A stretch of 64,000 bases of DNA from Camelus ferus (Eukaryota): positions 2,916,001-2,980,000 of the forward strand of contig NC_045696.1 of NCBI RefSeq assembly GCF_009834535.1, in the 5' to 3' direction. This document shows, piece after piece, positions 37,641 through 49,960 of this stretch. How positions within the stretch are numbered: position 1 is the stretch's first letter; every line of letters starts with the position of its first letter. The notes under the pieces were generated by a model, which was not told the DNA's origin, made no database searches, and saw only the letters and a list, made by a program, of their open reading frames with translations. The position numbers and the translations under genes were made by a program.

Positions 37641-37788
37641 TATTTTTATTTTTTATTTTTTTGGAGGGAGGATAATCAGGTTTTTATTTATTCATATATA
37701 TATTTATTTTTAATGGTGGTACTGGGGATTGAACCCAAGACCTTGTGCATGTTAGGCACATGCTCTACCACTGAGCTGTACCCTCCCC
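37641..37788 (-). mobile_element. tRNA-derived SINE (Vic-1-like)
   Basis: gtactggggattgaacccaagaccttgtgcatgttaggcacatgctctaccactgagctgtaccctcccc; imperfect TSD tctagctttaaatt / tcaagcattaaatt. Confidence 0.92.
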
Positions 37789-39863
37789 ACTCAAGCATTA
37801 AATTATTATATGAAAAAATGAAAGATCTAAAATCAATGACCCAAGTTTCTGCCTTCAGCAACTAGAAAAAGAAAAGCACATTAGATCTGGATGAGTAGAA
37901 ATAAGAGAAGAAAACAATGAAACAGGATGCAGACAAACAACAGAGAAAACCAATGAAACCCCTTTCTTTGGGGGAAAAAATCAATACAATTTACAAATCT
38001 CTGGTTAGACCGATTACCTTTAAAAGAGAGAAGACGTAAATGTCTGATGTCTTGAGTGAAAGGGGGGATTTCACTGCAGGTCTGTGGACCTAAGGAGGAT
38101 GACAAGGACATATTTCAAACCACATCATGCCAACCAAGTCTTAGATAAAACTTAGGAGATGTGGAGACAGCTTCCTAAAATGAATCCCCTGATAAACAGA
38201 AAACCTGAATGCACCTATTAAATCAAATTCATAATTTAAAACCTTCCCACAAAGGAACTCCAAGCACAGGTGGATTCACTAGTGAATTCTACCCAGCACT
38301 TCGGGTAGAAATAATGCCAGCCCTACACAAACCCTTCCGGAAAACAGAGGAGGGCGAAACACTTCCCAGCTCACTTTATGAGGCCAGATGAATATAAGAA
38401 ACTGAAACTATGGACCAATATTCTTCATTAATACAGATGCAAGAATCCTTCACAGAACAGTTGCAAATTTAATCCAAAACAAACAGAAAATATGCCGTGG
38501 CCAAACAGAGACGACACCAGGAATGCAAGCTTAGTTTAATGTTTTAAAATCAATCAGTAAAATTCACTGCTAACAGGAAAGAGGAGAAAAAAAATGATGA
38601 CCTCAGTGCAGGCAGAAAAGCATTTGACAAAATTCAACACTGATTTGTGATTAAAACTCTCAACAAACTAGGAATAGAAATTTTTAAAAAAACCAAATGA
38701 ACTTTCAACCTGATAAAGGGCACCTACCAAAAACCCCTTCCACTGATATCATAATTGATGCTGAAAACCTTCACACGCTCCCTCTGACACTGAGAACAAA
38801 GCAAGAACCTCCACTCTCAGACCTTCCATTCCTCTCCTGTACTGGGCATCCTGGGCAGTGCAATAAAACAAGGAAACAAACAGAAGAAACAGAAAGCATC
38901 AGATTTGAAAGGAAGAAGCAATTCTCTATTCTCTATGTAGGAGATCGCAGGAAATCTACAGAAAATCCACAGAAAGGTACTAGATCTAACAGATGAGTTC
39001 AGCCGGGTCAATACACAAAAGCCAGCTATATTTCTATAAACTAAAAACTAACAGAAATTGAAACTTTATAAAAATCCATTGACGATGGCATTAAAAAATA
39101 TGAAATACATTGTGACACGTTTATCAACAGACATTCAAGAACTTTACCTTCACAACTACAACACATCAGTGAGGGACACTGAAGGAAACCCAGATGAATC
39201 GAGGGAGAGCATATTCACTGAATCAGAAGACTCCACATTCCTAATTCAGAAGTTCTTCCCAAAGTGTACTATATATTTAACATCATTTCAATCAAAATCC
39301 CAGCTGACTTTTTGGGTAGCAACTGACAGACTGATTCTAAAATTTATTTGAAAGTAAAAGGAGCCTGGAGTAAGTAAGACAGTTTTGGAAAAGAATGAAA
39401 CCCAAGGACTTGCACTTCCTGACTTCAAGACTTAACCACGAACTATGGAACCACGACAGTGTGGCACTGGTTTAAGGACAGGCGTGTGTATTAATGGAAC
39501 ATGACAGAGGGTCCAGAAAAAGACTCACATGTACGTGGTCAACTGATTTTTGGAGAAAGGTGCTGTGATAATTCAATGGGGGAAAAGACTGTTTTTTCAA
39601 CAAATGGTGCTGGAACAAATGGGTACCTGTACAGAGAAAGTGAACCTCAATTCTTTCTCCCTTACTGGAAGGCAGGCTGGACTTAAGGACTCGCTTCCCA
39701 AGGACAGAGCAAGAAAGGGGAAAAGAGTAACTTGACAGTGAAGATGTCTGTGGTTCGTGTGGGTGTCACGAACACTGTATTCTCCTTCCAAAAATCCACA
39801 CTCTGAGGCGGATCATGACAAAAGCACCAGACAGACCCAGACTGGGGGGCATCCTACAAGCTC

Positions 39864-39891
39864 TTTTTTTTCCCTTGAATTTATTCATTTC

Positions 39892-39935
<44 letters not shown>

Positions 39936-40030
39936 GCGACGGGGGGAGGTAATTAGGTTTATTTATTTTCTAAGTGGAGGTGCTGGGGATTGAGCCCAGG
40001 ACCTCATGTAGGCGCTCTCCCACTGAGCCG
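39864..40030 (-). mobile_element. tRNA-derived SINE (Vic-1-like) with expanded (TTTA)n tail
   Basis: ggggaggtaattaggtttatttat...gtgctggggattgagcccaggacctc...ccactgagc. Confidence 0.88.
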
Positions 40031-40289
40031 CATTCTGCAGACTCAGAATTTGCCTCGGTCATGACAAACGAGGCAAGTCTGAGACCCCGTCAGGCCAGAG
40101 AAGACCGGGAGAGTTTAGCGACTGAGTGTGGACTGGATCCTGGAACAGAAAAGGGACGCTGGGAGAAACTGAGTGAAGTCTGAGTAGAGCACAGGATTTA
40201 GTCAGTAACAACAACAAAAAGCAATAATTACAAAGTTTATTATCAAGGCAAGGGCTTGATGCAGCTTTTTACGTTGAAAAGTTGTTCGC

Positions 40290-40466
40290 GGGGGGCGGGG
40301 AGAGCTCAGTGGCAGAGTGCGTGCTTAGCACGCACGAGGTCCTGGGCTCAGTCCCCAGCGCCTCCGTTAAAATAGGTAAATAAATACATCTAATTATCGC
40401 CCCCCCAAACCAAAACCAAAACCAAAAAAAAAAAAAAAAAAAAATTTAAAAAGAGAAAGAAAAAAA
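40290..40466 (+). mobile_element. tRNA-derived SINE (Vic-1-like) with long A tail
   Basis: gagctcagtggcagagtgcgtgcttagcacgcacgaggtcctgggctcagtccccagcgcctcc...ctaattatcgccccccc + poly(A). Confidence 0.92.
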
Positions 40467-40779
40467 GGTTTATTATTAAGGCAAGGGCTTGATAAGCTCT
40501 TTATGATAAAAAGTTATTTGCCTACTACAAAAAGTTACAGCACGTATTTCACTCTAACATCTATCATCAAGAGAACTGAATTAAGAGCACTTAGGCATGA
40601 ACGGTACCTAAAGCACCCAGGGCTCCTGTACAAGTGCTGTCACTCAAACACTGCAAAGGGCGGCACTGAGCCATCACTGCCTCACTCACACAACACCCAG
40701 CACGGCATGGGCAGTGTCAAGTTCTCCTCTGCAGCCATCACTCACAAAAATTAAAATTAAATTAATACTACATTTTAAA

Positions 40780-41990
40780 AAGAAAAATAAACCTCAGCTT
40801 TTTCCCCAGGGCATACACAAAAACTAACTTGAAATGGATCGCTGACCAAAATGTAAAAGCCGAAACTATAAAACTCAGAAGAAAACAGAGGAGAAAACTT
40901 CACAGCTACGGGATAAACGAAGATTTCTCAGGACACAGAAAAGTACAAACCATAAAAGGACAAACAGGGATAAATTGGGCCTACTCACAATTTAATTCGG
41001 GCTAAAAGGCATGGTAAGAAAATGAAAGGTAAGTCGCAGACCAGGAGAACATATTTATAACACCTCCCTAACAAAAGGTGCGCGTCCCAGGGACACCAAG
41101 GACACTCGCAATTTAAGAATAAGAAGGAACAGCACCCGCTGCTACGCCACCGACAAATCAGAAAAGACGTGAGCAAGCACTTTGTGAGAGGAGATTTATG
41201 AGCAGCCGGGAGATACTTTAAAGATACTCAGTGTCACTAATCACCAAGGAAATGGAAGTTAAAACCAAATGCAGCAACACTACACACCCAGCAGAACGGT
41301 TAACGTCAAGAAGACTGACCCCACAAGCGCGGCTGAGAATGTGAGGCTGTTGCAACGCGTGCACACTGTGGATGCGGACGCAAGACGGTGCAAAAAACGG
41401 TGGGGCGGTGTGTTCTATAAAGTGAAACGGGTCCTTAGCCACGTGGCCCAGCAAAACCATCCAGCCCCGCCGACACCGAGAGGAAGAAACATCGTGTCCC
41501 CATCAGTGCTTGTACTTGGGTGCTCACTGCCGCCTCGTTCACAAACAGCCCAGCCTGGAAGCAAGCCAGACGTCCTTCCGCAGGAGAATGGGCAAGCGAA
41601 CAGCGGTCCGGCCGCGTCTTGGGACATTACTCACCAATAAAAAGGAATGGATCGTTGACATACACAGCACACAGGTGGGTCTCAGAAACATTAGGTCGAA
41701 TCAGAAAAGAGTGCACACGTTATGCAATTTCTTTTCTATGGAAATCTTGATAAGACAAACCTAGCCTACGGTGTCAGAGAGCAGGCTGGTGGTTGACAGA
41801 GACCAGGAGTCAAGGTGGGGGCAGCGGTAATGTGGGAAGAGACACCAGGGGACTTTTTTAGGTGATGAGAATGTCCCGTCTCTGTTTTGGTGACAGTTAA
41901 CAGGGATGTGTAAAACTTTCAAAGCTCACCAAAATATACACTGAAATGGGAACATTTTATTATGCATAAATGATACCTAAGTAAGGCTGA
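40780..41990 (+). mobile_element. Old L1M ORF2 C-terminal region and 3' UTR
   Basis: catacacaaaaactaacttgaaatggatc; aaatgtaaaagccgaaactataaaac; tttattatgcataaatgatacct terminus. Confidence 0.8.
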
Positions 41991-42348
41991 TTAAAGATGC
42001 AAAAGGAAATGGAATTTTAACAAAACAGCATCTCCAACTGTGCAGGGCATAAGGGCTGGCCGTTCCACCTCGCAGTCTGAGTGGACAGGATAAGGCACTG
42101 GGCCCCGGGAAACAAGAGCAGGGTATCTCCCAGGTCTGCTAAGTGGCCAGGACCGGGTCGTGGGTGGGGCTGGACATCCTGGGACTGCGGGGGGCTGAGG
42201 ACGGCTGCCCCTGCAGCAGTCGGCGCCTTTAGGCTCTGTAACAGGATGGGCTTCCGAGCCAGTGCTCAGCTCATGCATAGTCAATCACAGGGGCAGCCTG
42301 GAGCCCCCTTTTTCTCTTTTAATTTAAAAAACGCTAGCATCGCCTTAC

Positions 42349-42392
42349 CAGAGAGTTGCTTGATGGCCACGGGTCTCACTTTGTAGGGGGTC
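42349..42392 (-). CDS. PDE9A: PDE9A coding exon 4 (44 nt): (R)TPYKVRPVAIKQLS
   Basis: cttctctcttgcag|GACCCCCTAC...CTCTCTG|gtaagg; phase 2 to 1. Confidence 0.97.
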
Positions 42393-42965
42393 CTGCAAGA
42401 GAGAAGGCAGTTTCACTGTGAGATGCTGTCAGAGACCTTCGTGCCCGTCTGGTACGAGACATAAGCGCTCGGGGTGAATTAGAATTCAGCGAATTAGGTC
42501 TTTTAAAAATTAGTTTCTTTGGCTGTTCTGAGATTCCTCATTCAGAAGAACTCTAAATACTTTAAATATATCATTTAAGCGGTGGACCTCCTCTATCATA
42601 TTCATATTTGGTTAATAAAAAAAACTTGTTGAGCGCGGCTGGGATGGCTCAGACTTGCCCTTGTCTGGCCCAACATCTGATGGATGGATGCTGGAGGTGC
42701 CCCCCTCGTGCCTGGTTTGAGCTCCTGGCAACGGCATCACCCAAGGGCACAAGAGCCGAGGTGTCAGTAACTCAGTCGAAAATGCACGGGCACCTTGGCC
42801 ATGTCACCCCCTGCAGTCGTGAGACCCACAGGGGTGGGGAGAAGATACTGGGGACAGACAAAAGGCCACTGTCCCTGACATCCAAGGACCTCCAGCAAAG
42901 GTTGGAGGGAGACAAGGAAGTCGGTGGAAAATAAGCAAAGAACAGGAATAGGCAAGAGTTGATAA

Positions 42966-43097
42966 GGTTTTTTTTTGGGGGGGGGCAATTAGTTTTATTT
43001 ATTTTTTTGTTGATTTTAATGGAGGCACAGGGGATTGAACCGGGGACCTCCTGCATGCTAAGCACGCCCTCTACCACTGAGCTACACCCTCCCTGCT
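42966..43097 (-). mobile_element. tRNA-derived SINE (Vic-1-like) with 12-bp TSD
   Basis: gggattgaaccggggacctcctgcatgctaagcacgccctctaccactgagctacaccctccc; TSD aagagttgataa at 42954-42965 and 43098-43109. Confidence 0.93.
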
Positions 43098-43159
43098 AAG
43101 AGTTGATAACAGTTAAAAAAAAAAAAAGTAAAAAGAGGCACCTCAAGAAAGAGGCACTT

Positions 43160-43255
43160 ACACGAATTATGTATGTGCATGCATGACTGGGACACTGTGC
43201 TGTGCACCAGAGACTGACACATTGTAACTGACGGCACTTCAATCAAAAAAAAAGT
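43160..43255 (+). mobile_element. Short young L1 3'-terminal fragment
   Basis: gcatgactgggacactgtgctgtgcaccagagactgacacattgtaactgac...cttcaatcaaaaaaaaa, homologous to 25670-25740. Confidence 0.8.
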
Positions 43256-46064
43256 GTTTTTTTTTTGTTGTTGTTGTTGTTTTTACACTCAGCAGTCTAG
43301 CAAAATTTTAGCAGCTGGTAACAGGAGTGCTACAAGGCACAGACAATCGTCCTCACCAGCACTGCCGGAGTACACCTTCCCCAGAGGGCTCGCGTGATCA
43401 GGTTCTGGTGGCACAACAGTGAACCAGTCAAGAACGTTCTGCCCTCCTGGAACCCAAGCCCACGGTCAAGTACGTGTCGGAAGGACGCGGTAAGTGCTCT
43501 CAGAGTGGCTAAGGTGTACTCAGGCCCCTCTCCCCCTGGGCTGGATGACATACCAGCTGTTCCGTGAGTGTCATTCGGTTGTTACAAGCTGCGGGTAAGT
43601 GTGCAAGGACTGAGGCGGAGGGTACCCGTGACATGTTATCAGGAGACTCAGCGAGTCACAGAGCCACAGACGCAGAACGAGCTTAGAGCTGGGGAGAAAG
43701 TCAGGGAGTCTGGAAGGATTCACACCAAACACCGAACTGGTAACTGATTCACTGAGGGTGATACCAGTGGTTTAATGGTTACAGGCCACGTGGAAAATTT
43801 TTGACAATTTAAAACACTGATAAAGTATAAAAATAAAAACAGTGTAGCACTATGAATGACAGGCAGACAACCCTGTGGCCATCTAGAGTCCTGGCCTCTC
43901 CCACGAGGGGTCCTGCTGGGCAGAGCGCGTGGAGGAGGGGGTCCACGCCCGCCCATCCCTGCATGAGCACCTGCTTAGTTAGGTTAAGGTCCTCTTCCAA
44001 AGGTCTCTGGAAATTGGTTATTTGGGACTTTGGTTCCTGGCGGAACACCTTACTTTGAATCCATGTGGTTTGAAGTGTGGCCCCACCTGCAGAGCGGGTG
44101 AACCATGGGGGCTGTTGCCCAACTAGGGTGGGGCAGGCGCTCAGCCCATGGTGGTACCGGCTGCCTCGGTACTCACAGTGATGTGCCTGGCAGGGCAAGT
44201 CCATCCTCCCCGAACCCTCCAGGCAGTTGTCAGCCCTGCTAAGCTGCAGGTACGAGGAGAGGAGCCAGAGCTCAGGGCGGGTGGGGCCTCACTGAAACCC
44301 ACCAGCGATGGGTGAGCTGGCTTCGAACCAGACGGGCGTCCAGAGGCCAGACTCTGGGCACTTGTTGGTGCCGCCCAGGAGAGGAGCAGGGTGCTGGGGC
44401 GCCGAGGCAGGGGGTGTGGAGAGCCAAGGTGAGGCGGCCACCACCACCTCTCTCCTCCCTCAGGCTCCTCCCACCATAAGCAGCACTGATGTTGGGGCGG
44501 CGGGTGGAGAGAGGGGAGCACGGGGCCCCCTCCTCGTCCTCACCCCCCGTTTCTCACCCCCCTCCTCTGCGGCCACAAGGACTTTCCTCCCCTCCTCCCC
44601 GCAGGCCGGATGCTGTGGGGAGATGGCGGTGGCGGGGCAGAGGGTGCGGGAGGCGGAGGACAGTGTCGCCTGCACAGGATGGGGAGACACAGAGCTGTGT
44701 CCGGCAGCTCCCGTTAGAGGCGCTGATGACAGTTGGCCCTTCAAGATTATTCCTGGCTCTTCGCTCCTTAATCCTCTTGATTCTGAGCAACAGGATGTTC
44801 TCAGAACCGTATTACTGCTTCCACGATTGACTAAACTCCTGGCTCAGCCTAAATTAAGTTGCATCTTCCTCATTTCTTCCTCGACCACAAAGCGGAGATA
44901 AACCACTCTCCGCCTGCCTGGGACTTCGACTGCATTTGTCTTCTCTCCAAATGTAAGTGCCTGGCTCAAAGGCCTCTTTTTCAGACACATTTAGTGGGAG
45001 CCACGCCAGAACCCGGGGGCACTGCTCCTGAGCTGAGCGGGTGGCCGAGCACGCTGTCCTTGCAAGCGCACGGCCATCTCACCCGGCGAGAGCTTCCTGT
45101 ACCACACCTGAGCTAAAATCAGAAATAAAGGGGCGCTGGTGTTTGTCACGTATGTGCTGTATCATCCTGGCCCCCCACCCACGGGCCCTGCCACGTGCTT
45201 TTCTCATGCTATTTCAGCGTCTGTTTCCCTCCCTCCACGAGGGTCTTGAAGCCGTCGTGGCAGAAACAGAAGGAGTCGTCAAGATGTAACACATTTGTCA
45301 GTAGGACACCGTGGGACCCAGAATGGTCCCCTGACCAGAGGGAGCACCTGGACCAGACGCTCAGTCCCTCTGAGCACGGCCGGAGCAAAGCTGGGATGTG
45401 TCTACGAGTATCTGTTGATCTGCAGGAATCAGGGTTGACGGGCACTCAGTCACCTTCCTTCCCAGCTCCAAAAGGGAGTGGAAGGTACCCGACCCCTTGT
45501 TAGATTATAGCCCCACCGACTTATGTAAGTATGTCCCAGATTATTTTAAAATACCGGTCTGAACGTTCCCTGATTGTAAAGGCAAGAAGTATTTTGAAGG
45601 AAGAGTCAGGAGGTCATGATATTTGGTTTGAAATGAACCAAAAAAATTGGGTATAAGAGATGGGATCCCGACTTCTGATCAGTATCCAGGCAGTCGCAGT
45701 CAAGAGCCCCTGGAACCTGCAGAGGAGGCCGCGAGGAGCCCCTCCTGTGAGTGGGAACTGGGCAGAAAGCCGGTGTGGCGGAGGACCGGCCCCCGCAGAA
45801 CAGTCCCTCTCGTGGGGCGGCTTCTGCGTCTGAGGCTCGGGGGCAGGTGCTGACGAGGCTGCGGACAGAGGGGCTGCCGGTCCTCGGGGGGAGGAGGCTG
45901 AAGGGACACGACCTGATTATCTTCTGGGAAGAAACAAAGCTGATCCGGCACTTTTCGAGAAGGGGAACCCCGTGCCTGGCGGCGTGACCTTCCGGTCGCT
46001 GAAGGACTGACGAGGCACCAGCCTGGGCTCAGGAGGAGCTGCTTGGGTTTTCCCCACTTTACAT

Positions 46065-46230
46065 CGGTGACTCTCGCCCGGGCCGCACGTCAGAATCACC
46101 TGGTGAGCTTTAGAAACATCCCCCCAAATCCGCAGGCATTCGGTCCCAGCGGGTGTCTGGGCGCTGGCGCCGTTTGAAGGAAGGTCCCGGGGGTTTCAGC
46201 CTGCGGGCAGGGCTGCCAGCCGCTGATTGG
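46065..46230. mobile_element. MER5A-like hAT/Charlie relic
   Basis: gcacgtcagaatcacctggtgagcttt matches the recalled MER5A core. Confidence 0.55.
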
Positions 46231-48159
46231 GTTGGACTGGTTTATACTGCGTGTTTAGAAGTGGGGGACCCACGGCAGCTGGAAATGTGGACGGAGCAGA
46301 CGGGAGGCTTTGCTGGGGCTCAGGTAGCACACGGGAGGGCGAGGTGAGCGGGCTGGCGGGAAAGCTCGGAGAACGTCACCTTTCACGGGCCGAGGGTGGG
46401 GAAAGCAGGCACAGATGGGAGAAGTCGGTGGAGGGGGCAGCTCCCCAAATGGAAAAAGGTCGATGGTCGCAAATGCAGGGAGCAGACAAAGGGAGAGGAG
46501 GGGAAGCCCAGGGGTCGGAACACCGATGAACGGGATCTGGGACGCCCGGCAGAAATGCCAGTTCCGGGCCCCCATCCCAAGGCGCAGCCTATCAGACTAA
46601 GGGTGCGGGGGTGGGGGGGCGGGAGGGGGCCATGCTTCAGCCAGCCCCTGGGGTGCACACGACCTGCTGGGTTAGGAGGTTGACGGCTCTGGGAAGACAA
46701 AGGGGGCGGACCACACACACCGGTTCTCAGCCTCGGCACCACAGACACTTTTGGGCAGGTGAGTCTTGGGCAGGGCCGTCCCGGGCACCGTGGGACCTGT
46801 GGCAGCCCTGGCCTCTGCCCACTGGATACCCGCAGACACTGCCCCCTGTTGCAGAAGACTTCGCCAAGTGTCTCCCCGGGGACAAGACGGCCCCCTGCTA
46901 GAAGCTGGCACGGACTAAAGTGCCAAGCCAGACATGAAGAAGGGACAAAACGGGAACAAACTACAAACTGTTGAAATTAACTCAGGAAAAGTGCGGTTTT
47001 GCACCATCAGAGGCCGGCTTGTACAACGGGGGGCTTCCCCTCTGTCGACAGCATTTCATCTTTTGTATGCCGAGGGTGACAGGTCGCCTGTGACTTCCTT
47101 ATGAATAAAGATCCGGGTCAGGTCGGAGCTTGTGCCGTAATTTATAACACTCTCACTGGAGTGTCTGTGGATTCAATCAGCATGGCTCCTTCCGGGGCCC
47201 AGAACCCATAATCTGAGCATCATCAGAGCCAGAGCTTCAGGGCAGAAGCTCCTGATGACGAAATTAAAAATTCAGGAGACTGACAGGCGCAGTGGGAGGG
47301 GAGGAGGCCTGGCCGAGGCCCGCGGGTGCAGCGGGGAAGGACACTGCTCCCGCCCACCGCCGAGCTCCAAGGACAGCGGAGGCTGCTGCAACGTCCTAGG
47401 GTTTGTGGCTTGCCTGGCTTTACCCGCTGAAGCCTGGCAGTCCTCCTGCGGTCTTGTGCCCTTGCCCGGGCGGGGAATCCCACACCCAGCCTGGCGAGGA
47501 TGGCTGACAGCAGCTTCCAGGGGCAGCGGAAGGAGAGCAGGTGCCCATCCCAGGTGCTCAGGGGCACACACACCTGGGTGGGGGACCCTTCTGGGCGACT
47601 ACAGCAGAGGTCCCAGGCCACCGCATCACAGAGAGCCCAAATGTTTCCCTGCTGCCCTTAGGCAGCCAGGGCCCCTCAGTGGCTGGGACGTGTAGGGGCC
47701 TGCCTGGTGCACGCCTGCTCTGCGGGGGCAGCTGGCCTGGTGCAGCTGGGCAGCACAGCCCGATGGCCGGACTGACTCGTGTCCCCAGAGCGGGGTTCAG
47801 GGAGAAGCGGGAGGGGCACCCCACCCCCAGCCATGCCCTGCCCCCGGCCTTACAGAGGACCCCGTCTGGGTTCTGCCGGCCCAGCTGTAAGTATGAAGGG
47901 GACCGCAGGGGACCTCGCGGGCGGCCGAGCAGAGGGGCCAGGCACCCACTGGAGTCCTTGTCCTTCCTCCAGCTACATATGGCTGGGTTGGTTTCACACA
48001 CATTCACAGAAGAGTTTACTGCCCGAGCCTCTCGCCCGCCAGGCCTCCCCCGGTTCTGCTCCTCGGGCCCCCAGCCCCCCCTCCCTGTCCTGGGCAGGGC
48101 AGCTCCAGGACTGGCCCCCGTGGGTCGCCCAGGGGGTCTGCTCAGGGAATCTCCTGCAG

Positions 48160-48250
48160 CCCTTTCTGATGGGTGGTGGGACAGCTCACTCAGTGCCTCA
48201 GTTTCCCCATCTGTAAATGCCTCCTAGGGCTCTTGCTAAGAACCAAACGT
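48160..48250. mobile_element. MIR SINE fragment
   Basis: tcactcagtgcctcagtttccccatctgtaaatg core. Confidence 0.7.
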
Positions 48251-48491
48251 GGAGCCCTTGGGGAGGTCCCTGCCCGTCTTGTAGCTGCTACTTTCTTGGA
48301 AAGGGATGAGTTCTGCAAAGGAATCAACAGCCACCTTCACAGAGCCCCCCAGCCCCACCCTCCCATATTTGGTTAAATTCAGATCTTCCTGCAGCCGCAA
48401 ATTAAAGAAACACCACAGAGACCCTCCCACGTGGGCAGGGAGGCGAAAGACACACCACGAGCGTGAGCGGGCTGTCCCGCCGGCCGCTTAC

Positions 48492-48569
48492 CGTTCTGAA
48501 TTGGCGGGCATGGTGGGGTCAATGGAGACCATGGCGTCGTCCGTGGTCAGGAGGGAGATGGTTGTGTTC
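48492..48569 (-). CDS. PDE9A: PDE9A coding exon 3 (78 nt): (R)[25 protein letters not shown](R)
   Basis: ctgtcttccag|GAACACAACC...TCAGAACG|gtaagc; phase 2 to 2. Confidence 0.97.
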
Positions 48570-49889
48570 CTGGAAGACAGGGAGAGCCGGTGTCTTCACC
48601 CTGTGGCCATCCCCTGGGTGCACACTCGACTCTGGGCCTCCCGCAGGTAGGCGCTGGGCACCAGGCCCGCCCCATCCAAAGGGCCGCGAGGAGGTGTCCC
48701 CAAGACGCCAGCACTCCACTTGGAGGCAAAGGCAAGTGGCTGTGTGCCTAACTCTGTCAGCACGTGGGTCATTAAGATGGGAACTGGAGAAAGTCCAATT
48801 TGTTGATTTGGGAGATTAAATAAAACTGTAGTAAAGTAGAAGTGACTATTTCTATCAGCCAATGACGAATTCAGGGTCTGCCTTCCTCCTCCATTCCCCG
48901 TGGGAGCCCCACCAAAACAGGCATACCCTCTCCCGCAGGGCAGTTTCCATGGAGAGGCTGAACCTGCCTCCGCCCTCGTCCCTGGCGGCCTCTCCTACGA
49001 GGTGTCGTCGTCCCCACGTGACTTAGCTCTCGCGTCTTCAGTTGTGGGTTTAAAATCTGTGCACTGGGGGTGACACCTGAATCCCAGGCTGGTCTACAGA
49101 GTCATACGTATTTATTTCTTAAAATAAATGCTTAATAAAAGATGCCCCAAGCTGTAGGCTGTGTCTTGTGGCTATGAACTGACACCTGCTGTGATTTCAG
49201 ACTGGTCATTTCATCCCTGAGTCTCCTTCTTCTCAGCCGACTCTGAAAGCCTCCTGCTGTCCTTCCCTCTCGTTCTCCTGACCTGGAGCATAACTTTAAA
49301 GTTAACTGCAGGCCGAAGCTTCTCCGGGTCACCCTCTAGAGCTGGGAAGTTAGGAGAGAAAATCTATTTGCTTGAACAAACTGCTGATTTGGGAAGATAA
49401 CTCCTCTGGAATTCTTATGGTTCTGTAAGGTAGATTCCTGGTCTTTTCAACCTAATTTCTGACATTGGTCTTTTCTTAAACGTTGATCTGTGATGACTCT
49501 ACGCCTCGCTGAGATAGAAAAGACCCCTGCTGGATGGTTTGGGGCTGAGGGACCAGAGCCCAAACATCACCACCCTCCTTTATGCTTTGTCTCAAACCAA
49601 AGGAATAATTGAAAGAAAGAAAAAAGATACTCTTAAGACTAGTTTCTGCCTAATTCCGTTCCCTCCACGTGGCACAGGCTGTTGGCGGGCAGGGGGCAGC
49701 TGTGGCCAAAACCTCCGGGGTCTCATTCACCAGTTGCAAAGGTCCCACGTGCAAGGTGGGAGCTGAATGCACTGGGCTCCTCCCCACTGCTCGTCCCCTA
49801 GAGTCAGCAGCTCGTCTCCCAGGTACCTTCCCCTCAAGGTGGATGTGAAGGTGTCTGTCCCCCTGGCGGGGACGCCGCCGGGCACTCAC

Positions 49890-49960
49890 CGAGGCAGGCC
49901 AGTGGCGATGCAGAACAGGTCCATGATGTCGCTGGAGTTGCAGTACTTGCTAAAGACCAC
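49890..49960 (-). CDS. PDE9A: PDE9A coding exon 2 (71 nt): VVFSKYCNSSDIMDLFCIATGLP(R)
   Basis: Minus strand ttttgtag|GTGGTCTTT...CTGCCTCG|gtgagt; peptide matches PDE9A; phase 0 to 2. Confidence 0.97.

Larger units (their letters stand above)
36170..40220 (+). mobile_element. Large old L1M remnant (ORF2 fragments plus 3' portion), interrupted by SINEs at 37641 and 39864
   Basis: gctggagtggctgtattaata; tttatgaggccag; gcagaaaagcatttgacaaaattcaacac; caacaaatggtgctggaacaa; many stops and frameshifts. Confidence 0.85.

Noticed and set aside
36170..39660. Possible intact L1 ORF2 / reverse transcriptase gene
   Set aside because: ORF track shows only fragments of about 100 aa or less; heavily degenerate and interrupted by SINEs.
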